Of a DNA stretch of 64,000 nt, positions 57,348-64,000 are shown piece after piece (within the stretch, counting starts at the first letter, position 1; every line of letters begins with the position of its first letter). This stretch comes from Candidatus Poseidoniaceae archaeon. GTDB taxonomy: Archaea > Thermoplasmatota > Poseidoniia > Poseidoniales > Poseidoniaceae. The DNA lies in contig JBMTJI010000002.1 of assembly GCA_049438185.1 (NCBI GenBank), positions 71,156 through 135,155 on the forward strand, given 5' to 3'. Below the pieces are notes generated by a model that was not told the DNA's origin, did not search any database, and saw nothing but the letters and a program-made list of their open reading frames with translations. The position numbers and the translations under genes were made by a program.

Positions 57348-60300
57348 ATGAGTAGCGCAAGCCATTCCAATGCAGGGCAACGACTCCCTGCGATTGGCAT
57401 CATAATGTTGATGCTGATGGTTTCGATTACTCATATCCAGTTTACGAATTTGTCCTCGATTGAAACGTTAGCTCAATCATCAACTCAACCATGGGATGAC
57501 CTTGAACAACCATGGGGTCAATACGGAGGAAGTGCAACGCGAAATGGTTCAATGCCTGTGCATGATTCTCAGTCAGGCGTCATGCTCAGCATTGATGATC
57601 CAGTCATCAATTGGGTTGCACTCGACGATGATATCGGTGCTGATGCATATGGATCCATTATTGGAAATTTCTCAGGAAGCCTCACTGTCAGCCCCGGCGC
57701 TGTTGAACGATGCACTCCATCTGGTCTGTTTGCCGTCGTTTTGCATGATAGCACATCAACAACATCGACGAAATTATCACTGTTTTCAGGTGATGATGCT
57801 GATCTTGCTTGGCAAGTCGACCTTGGAGATACGAGAGCGGCACGTTCTACTCCGGTTCTTGTCGATGTCGACCTCGACGGACGAATTGAAATTGTTGTAA
57901 CCTACGATACCGATTCTTCACTACAAGTTGATGTATGGTCGCCGGAAATTTCCTGTGACGAGTCCGGTTGGCAAAGCAGCGGCCACTCAAACGAATTAAT
58001 GTGGTCATGGACAAGTACTGATTACAGAATTGGCATCACAAGCCCGCATTTTCAAACGCGGCAAAGCAATCATCTTTCCGTAACACAGCCACTCCTTGCG
58101 GATTTGGAACTTGATGGACAACCAGAACTTGTACTAACAGTCGTCGATACGACAACGGATGATCCACACATCCTCAGCCTCCCTCTCGGAGCAAATACGC
58201 CAACTGAGAATTGGGACGTTACACTCGACCGTGGAACACATCCGAGTGATCCTGCTTGGGCTCAACTGGATGATCAGAACTCAGTCGTCGTCGCTACAAC
58301 CATCGATGAGAACTCAGGGAACATGTGGATTTGGCGAATTGATGGGAGCACCGGCTCAAACGATTGGGGACGTGTGGCTCTCGCAGGAACTGATACGGAT
58401 TCAGATGCTCCAAGGCTTCGCCTACCAAGCCCGGTTGTCGTTCAACTCGATGCAGATGCAGCCCCTGAAATGATTCTCACAGTGCCAACAGATGCAAATG
58501 GTAGAACGATTGGATTAGGAGCACGCTTCATCGGCATGGAGCTTACGTCTACCGAAGAAATCTTCTCGTTTCGTGCCCGCAATGGTTACGCAGATGCACC
58601 TCCACTTCCGATTGACCTTGACCAAGATGGCATTCACGATCGTCTCTGTTGGGCAACCTGGTACTCGGCATCCTCAGTTACATTCGACCGGGAAGGAATG
58701 GTTGGATGTCATGATTTGACCGATGATCCTCCTTCTGAAGAATGGAACAAAATCATGAATCGAGGTGGATCTGGTAACGATAATGACGAAATTGCCGTAT
58801 CGCCGCCTGCTTGGATGAATATTGATGGCGAAGGTGATCCTGAAATCATCGTAGCATTCGGCCGCCGTATTTTTGCTTTTGAAGGCGATACAGGATTTGA
58901 AAATGAAGTGTCGGACGGCTGGGATGAACCCCTTTCAATGCCACACCGCGTGTGGTCTGCACCTGCTTTCGCTGATCTCGATGGCGATGGATATCTCGAC
59001 ATGCTTTACGGTGACACTTTGGTTTCACAACGATTACTCGACCTTGCTCCATTACCTGATGGGAATGGTATTTCGTTCAACCCAGTGGCACCAGATCCGG
59101 GTCAAACACTCACGGTTACCGGGCAATTTGCTAATATAGGAACGTGGGAAAATGAAGACAGCATCGATTGTGCTTTGTACATGGATGGTCAAGAATTGAC
59201 TCGTGTACGCTTTGATGATTTGGATCCTCTTTCACCCACTGGAGAAGGTGGTCCTGCAACGTTCAGCGTTGACGTCACAGCCACTCTCGGAACCCACGTG
59301 TTCGAATTAATTCTCGATGTTAATCAAAACCTGACAGAGGCACGCGAGGACAACAATGTCGAGCAAGTCTCGCTGACGGTGGTTGAGCCATATGCTGTCC
59401 TCATTCAAGGCCCAGAGACCGTGACGAGAGTTGATCCTGGTACGTCTGAAATCGTTGATGTGAGCATAACGGCAACGGGTTCACGAACTGCAGATTGGAA
59501 CATTACATACGACACATCCAACCTACCTCCTGATTGGAATGTTGTGCCTCAAACAGGAACGAATTTGCAGGAGGTTGAACTCGTTCCAGCATCGCCTGTT
59601 TCAGTTCCTTTCGTTGCCACGCTACCAACCGATGCCCTTGGTGATGAAGATGGATATATCGAAGTTACCGCAACATTGGTTTCGGATCCTAGTGTCCAAT
59701 CTTCCATGTGGATTCCTATTGAAGCGCTTCGAACTCGTGGCTTATCTCTGGTTGGACCAACCGGCCTTGCCTCTTCTGATGGTTACGGTATTCCCGGATA
59801 CGCCGCAGAAGCTTATGTTTTGATTGAAAATTTGGGGAACGCTGTTGAAACCACAACATCAATTGATTGGACGAGCCCATCATGGGGAGGAACCCCTGTT
59901 CTTTACGATGGTTCAAACAACGTTTACTCAATTACACTCCAACCAGGAGAAAAGAAGGAAATGAAAATTCTTCTCGATGTACCCAGTTCAACGAACGTAG
60001 GTTCTACGACAAGCACAACCTTGACCACTTGCATAGGAAGCGGAGAGGCTACGCTTTGTCGTTCGCTTGATGCCAATTTTACGGCGGTAGGTTCGCATAC
60101 GTCACCAACACACATTCGGACGGTTCCAGACCTTACGCATCAATTTGAATTCCGAATGATGTTGCCCCAATCAGGAACATTGAGTTGGGATCTTAACCAA
60201 GCAAATATCGCTCTTCCAAACTGGCAATGGAACATTACGAGTGGAGGAACCCTCCAGAATGGTGTTCTTACTGCAACTGGTTCTGCCAATTCGCATCACA

Positions 60301-62984
60301 TCGTCGATCTCGAGGTCTACATTCCACCGAATGCTCAGCCCCAACGACTTACTTTTTCAACCGAAGAACAAAGCTCAGTCGCAAATCAAGCATTCGATTT
60401 GAGCATTCACGTACTCCAAATTCATCGTGCTGCTCTCAATGTTATTGACCCTGTACCTTCGAGTGAAGCAACTGGATTCAATGTCAGTACAACGCATCAA
60501 CTTCTCATACAACTCGAGAACCCTGGAAACGGTGACGACACGTACCAATTTGAGGCGAGAGTTGTACCAACAGAGACAATATCTGAACAAGATGTCGAAT
60601 TTACGTATTATAACCCTGTGAGAACGTTAGGACCTTTGGCGACAACCATCATGCCATTGGATATCGAATTGAGTGAAACACTCCCTGCTGCTCAACCATT
60701 CTACCTTGAGTTTGAATGGGAATCGATGGTAAACAAATCGGTAAAGGCAACAACAACCTTGTTGGTCGAAGCAGAACAACGTCATGAGTGGGCCCTCGTC
60801 GTTGTTGGTGGTCAACAACAAAACGTTCAACCGAGCAGTGACCATCTGCTTGAATTCAACATTACAAATACAGGAAATTTCCTTGATAATGTTCAACTCA
60901 TACCGACACTGTCGGTCACAACAGATTCCAACGATACCGCAGTTTGGCAACCCCATGAAACGCTTACTTCAACGATGCTCGAAGTCAATTCATCGACGAC
61001 GTTGAGTGTTTCACAACCAATACCTTATGCTTGGAAAGATGCGAATGCAAGATTATCGTACCAAGTTGTCGCTTCGGGATATGTTCTCGACCAATTTGAC
61101 ATTGATCTAACGGTGTTGGAATATTCCGAATGGGAGCTCAATCTTGCCAACAGCCATCTCGAAATACTACCGGGTGGGGATTTTATTCAAGTCACACTTG
61201 AGCAAAGAGGAAACACACCCTCGATTCCATTCCTGACGAAATTTGGCAAGGGCTGGAACATTTCATTGCCTGATGGCGAACTGATGGAACCCGGTCAAAC
61301 CTCGGAATTAAGCATCTATGTCGAAGCACCAGTTGATGCTCGTGAAGGTGATGTCAACATTTTGCAAATCCGTGTGTCTGACGCTGTTGGCCAGGGCATG
61401 GAAGTGTTCGACGTCCCAGTGCGTGTTGTTGGTTCGTCGAGTTATGAACTGCAAACTGTGCCGCAATGGTTTGTTTCTTCCGATGGCGGATACCCTCTGG
61501 CTTGGGTTGAAAACACTGGGAATGATTTACCAGAGATTTATCTCCAAGTTCTCAATTTGCCACAAGGTTGGTCCACAGAAATGACCGCAACTTTCCAACT
61601 CGTTCCTGGAGAAATTCGGGGATTACCAATCAAACTCATACCACCGGCTGACTGGAACCAGGAAAGTTTCGATCTCAGCATCGAACTGACCCATACTTCA
61701 CTTGGAACGAATCAAATCGAATTTACAATTCACTCATCGAACATATCGTTCGCATCAAGTCCAGTATTATGGGCACGTAGTGGCACACAACTCTCCGTTG
61801 ACGTATTTAATGGTGGTCAAAATCCAATCGAGGGCAATATTGAATCCGTGTCGGGTACGAGTTACACATTCGATCTTCCTGTGGGCACGGAACACCTCAA
61901 TCTTTCGAGTGGTAATGATCGAATTCAACTTGTTCTTCTTGGAAGAGATTCCCCCCAAATTGAAGCAGATTGCTCCTTCATCAATGAAGCATTGACAAGT
62001 CTTGGCAGAATATCTCTTCATGGTGATTTTGTGAGTTGTGAAGTTACTGGTGACCCATCTTCAAACACAAGAATCTCCTTTGTTGTTTCAACAAGTAGAG
62101 GTGATTCAATTCCACTTGGGTCAACGAATTTTATTGTTCTTGAAAACGAGTCCACCTTTACCAACTTAAGTTTGAATGATTGGGATCCGTCTCCTGGAAC
62201 GTTTACAATTTTCATTAGTGCATACGATGAATACGGAAATGTGCTCGATACCTTGAGCAAAGAAGTAACAGCCAAGGAGTCGGGATGGAATGTAGGAATC
62301 AGTAGTATTTCAGCGAAGGGAAGCATTAATGTTGCTGTTTCCCGAACAAATTACGTCGTTTTGGAGGATGCTGTTTGTGTTCTTACAGTATCAAGCCGGA
62401 CAAGCAATTTCGAATCAAAGATTCTCGTAGACTTTGCGGGAAGCCAGTTCTCTCCGAATGTCCGAATCGATTCGACAGGCCTCAATGACAAAGAACAATT
62501 GGATGCAATTATCGCCTGTAACAGTCCTTTCGACGTTGATGATGATTCAAGTGATGATCGTGCTTCAGTGATTTTCGAAATGAAGGACGAATCCGTTCTT
62601 CAATCTTCAAGTCTGCTTTGGGGTATTTCAGTCGCCGTTATTCTCGTAGGGATATACCTCTTTGTCATCCAGCGCCAGGATAGTGCTATGGTTCGTGCGG
62701 CAAATAAAGAGCAGAACACAATCAAACCGAAGGAAACAAAGACGCCTTCAACAGAGTTGGATAAAGGCAGTTCTGTCACGGAAGAGGCAGGTGATGATGA
62801 AATCACAACCTTTGTCGAACCAGAGACTGAACAACCACCTCTCTCCATGGTCGAGGAAATTCCAGCCGTCGATGATTTGACGCCGTCAGGTCGTTTGGAT
62901 TCAATTCGAAGAGAAATGAATCCAGATGAAGATAATGAACCAGAATCAAGCATCGAGGATCGTATGTCGAAATTTTTCCAATGA
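57348..62984 (+). CDS. Giant cell-surface protein: FG-GAP/VCBS-like propeller, CARDB and tandem Ig-like (NEW3-like) domains, C-terminal TM
   Basis: Signal peptide, DVDLDGRIEIV/ADLDGDGYLD repeats, CARDB-like EAREDNN, repeated ENxGN motifs, then a TM helix and acidic tail. Confidence 0.88.
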   Translation: MSSASHSNAGQRLPAIGIIMLMLMVSITHIQFTNLSSIETLAQSSTQPWDDLEQPWGQYGGSATRNGSMPVHDSQSGVMLSIDDPVINWVALDDDIGADAYGSIIGNFSGSLTVSPGAVERCTPSGLFAVVLHDSTSTTSTKLSLFSGDDADLAWQVDLGDTRAARSTPVLVDVDLDGRIEIVVTYDTDSSLQVDVWSPEISCDESGWQSSGHSNELMWSWTSTDYRIGITSPHFQTRQSNHLSVTQPLLADLELDGQPELVLTVVDTTTDDPHILSLPLGANTPTENWDVTLDRGTHPSDPAWAQLDDQNSVVVATTIDENSGNMWIWRIDGSTGSNDWGRVALAGTDTDSDAPRLRLPSPVVVQLDADAAPEMILTVPTDANGRTIGLGARFIGMELTSTEEIFSFRARNGYADAPPLPIDLDQDGIHDRLCWATWYSASSVTFDREGMVGCHDLTDDPPSEEWNKIMNRGGSGNDNDEIAVSPPAWMNIDGEGDPEIIVAFGRRIFAFEGDTGFENEVSDGWDEPLSMPHRVWSAPAFADLDGDGYLDMLYGDTLVSQRLLDLAPLPDGNGISFNPVAPDPGQTLTVTGQFANIGTWENEDSIDCALYMDGQELTRVRFDDLDPLSPTGEGGPATFSVDVTATLGTHVFELILDVNQNLTEAREDNNVEQVSLTVVEPYAVLIQGPETVTRVDPGTSEIVDVSITATGSRTADWNITYDTSNLPPDWNVVPQTGTNLQEVELVPASPVSVPFVATLPTDALGDEDGYIEVTATLVSDPSVQSSMWIPIEALRTRGLSLVGPTGLASSDGYGIPGYAAEAYVLIENLGNAVETTTSIDWTSPSWGGTPVLYDGSNNVYSITLQPGEKKEMKILLDVPSSTNVGSTTSTTLTTCIGSGEATLCRSLDANFTAVGSHTSPTHIRTVPDLTHQFEFRMMLPQSGTLSWDLNQANIALPNWQWNITSGGTLQNGVLTATGSANSHHIVDLEVYIPPNAQPQRLTFSTEEQSSVANQAFDLSIHVLQIHRAALNVIDPVPSSEATGFNVSTTHQLLIQLENPGNGDDTYQFEARVVPTETISEQDVEFTYYNPVRTLGPLATTIMPLDIELSETLPAAQPFYLEFEWESMVNKSVKATTTLLVEAEQRHEWALVVVGGQQQNVQPSSDHLLEFNITNTGNFLDNVQLIPTLSVTTDSNDTAVWQPHETLTSTMLEVNSSTTLSVSQPIPYAWKDANARLSYQVVASGYVLDQFDIDLTVLEYSEWELNLANSHLEILPGGDFIQVTLEQRGNTPSIPFLTKFGKGWNISLPDGELMEPGQTSELSIYVEAPVDAREGDVNILQIRVSDAVGQGMEVFDVPVRVVGSSSYELQTVPQWFVSSDGGYPLAWVENTGNDLPEIYLQVLNLPQGWSTEMTATFQLVPGEIRGLPIKLIPPADWNQESFDLSIELTHTSLGTNQIEFTIHSSNISFASSPVLWARSGTQLSVDVFNGGQNPIEGNIESVSGTSYTFDLPVGTEHLNLSSGNDRIQLVLLGRDSPQIEADCSFINEALTSLGRISLHGDFVSCEVTGDPSSNTRISFVVSTSRGDSIPLGSTNFIVLENESTFTNLSLNDWDPSPGTFTIFISAYDEYGNVLDTLSKEVTAKESGWNVGISSISAKGSINVAVSRTNYVVLEDAVCVLTVSSRTSNFESKILVDFAGSQFSPNVRIDSTGLNDKEQLDAIIACNSPFDVDDDSSDDRASVIFEMKDESVLQSSSLLWGISVAVILVGIYLFVIQRQDSAMVRAANKEQNTIKPKETKTPSTELDKGSSVTEEAGDDEITTFVEPETEQPPLSMVEEIPAVDDLTPSGRLDSIRREMNPDEDNEPESSIEDRMSKFFQ

Positions 62985-63013
62985 ACATCACATACCTCAA
63001 TAGAGGTGAATGT

Positions 63014-63694
63014 TTGGGACGGATGATGAAGCCAAGTCAGCAGAGTACAACCGCTTTTTACACACTCGATGGATGCCATTCTGGCCTTGTTTCAGTGGTA
63101 TTTGATGCACTGGTTTCAATAGAAAAAGGTTCAAACAAAGAATGGGGTCTTGTTTGTGAACATCCAAGAATACAAGAGAGGTTTCGAACTCAAGGCATAG
63201 ACGAATTCGAACCAAGATCAATAATTTCATGGGACGATCCAACACTCTTGTTTACACTCACAAGGATGTTGGATGGGGATAATCTCCCAATCATGCTTGG
63301 AGAAGATAAGAACAGGGAGCGATTTGGTCGATTCCCACATCCAAATGGTTCAACCATTCAATATGTTCGAGAAAATGTCAGAACTGTTGGTGGACAAACC
63401 AATGATCTCTATGACGACCTTGTGACACATCTCGATTATCTCCTGACACGTTGCAATTCAGAAAATGTAGGAGATGAGCGTTACATGGACGGTAAGGCTG
63501 GCTTGAACATCATGGGCTTCCTTACATGCGAGGAAGTCAAAACACTGCGTTCAAGCTTGCTCGGAGGGGGATGGACTGTCGCTAAAGACGAACCTATTGA
63601 TGGTGGAGTACGAGATGCTATGCGTCACTTGAACGCTCTCCTCTTGGCAGCAGAACGCCACAATGCGGGACTCATTCATCGAATGCACGCTTAG
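63014..63694 (+). CDS. Hypothetical protein
   Basis: About 226-aa ORF. TTG 63014 follows GAGGTGA; ATG 63023 is the alternative start. Confidence 0.7.
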   Translation: MGRMMKPSQQSTTAFYTLDGCHSGLVSVVFDALVSIEKGSNKEWGLVCEHPRIQERFRTQGIDEFEPRSIISWDDPTLLFTLTRMLDGDNLPIMLGEDKNRERFGRFPHPNGSTIQYVRENVRTVGGQTNDLYDDLVTHLDYLLTRCNSENVGDERYMDGKAGLNIMGFLTCEEVKTLRSSLLGGGWTVAKDEPIDGGVRDAMRHLNALLLAAERHNAGLIHRMHA

Positions 63695-64000
63695 AACGTT
63701 TCAGAGGTAAGTCGCTCATACATCGAAGCATAAAGAGCGGCTGTTTCGTCGATAACGGATTGTGGAAGGGCAGGGATCGGTGGGTCTGTGGTTCCAGCAT
63801 CACGCGCAGCTTTCAATTCTGCCTGATGACCCGTATTGATGTAATGCGTTCGAACAAATTCCTTTGAGAGTTCAATGCACTCTCCGTTTGCGTATGCTTC
63901 AGCATCCCACCAACGATCTTCGTCAAGTGTACCAAATGTATCAACAAGAACGACTTTTCGACCTGGTCCGAGAGCGAATTCCTTCTTGCCATCAACGTGA
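63691..64000 (-). CDS. purC: SAICAR synthase, C-terminal part (5' end outside the window)
   Basis: Hand translation gives HVDGKKEFALG...LVDTFGTLDEDRWWD...ELSKEFVR..Y...PPIPALP...YERLT. Confidence 0.88.
   Translation of the reverse strand, partial: HVDGKKEFALGPGRKVVLVDTFGTLDEDRWWDAEAYANGECIELSKEFVRTHYINTGHQAELKAARDAGTTDPPIPALPQSVIDETAALYASMYERLTSETF

Overview
Gene-dense archaeal chromosomal segment, most likely Marine Group II Euryarchaeota (Ca. Poseidoniales). This is inferred from archaeal information genes (rpoE1-spt4-rps24e-rps27ae, archaeal ValS/AlaS/GlyA, DtdA, archease, RtcB, geranylgeranyl reductase, archaeal SRP RNA) together with bacterial-type pyrD, mqnC and TopB-like genes and giant acidic Ca-binding surface proteins. 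It holds about 48 CDS, an SRP RNA and two tRNAs (Thr-GGT, Ser-GGA). I saw no CRISPR array, IS element or provirus. Main points of interest: (1) a four-gene mutasome-like locus (active DinB, degenerate RecA-like ATPase, PolB2 with an altered active site, and its small partner) whose two promoter regions share TTCACTTTTC, resembling archaeal DNA-damage boxes; (2) a multibranched RNA with UUCG and GNRA loops, containing a 27-codon uORF, in the leader of the rpoE1 operon; (3) a recurrent non-canonical TATA-like TT[CG]A box about 28 nt upstream of start codons; (4) a probable ATA start codon; (5) a lipoprotein PNGase F with TSP3 repeats and other unusual domain architectures. All family assignments come from motif recognition, not database searches.
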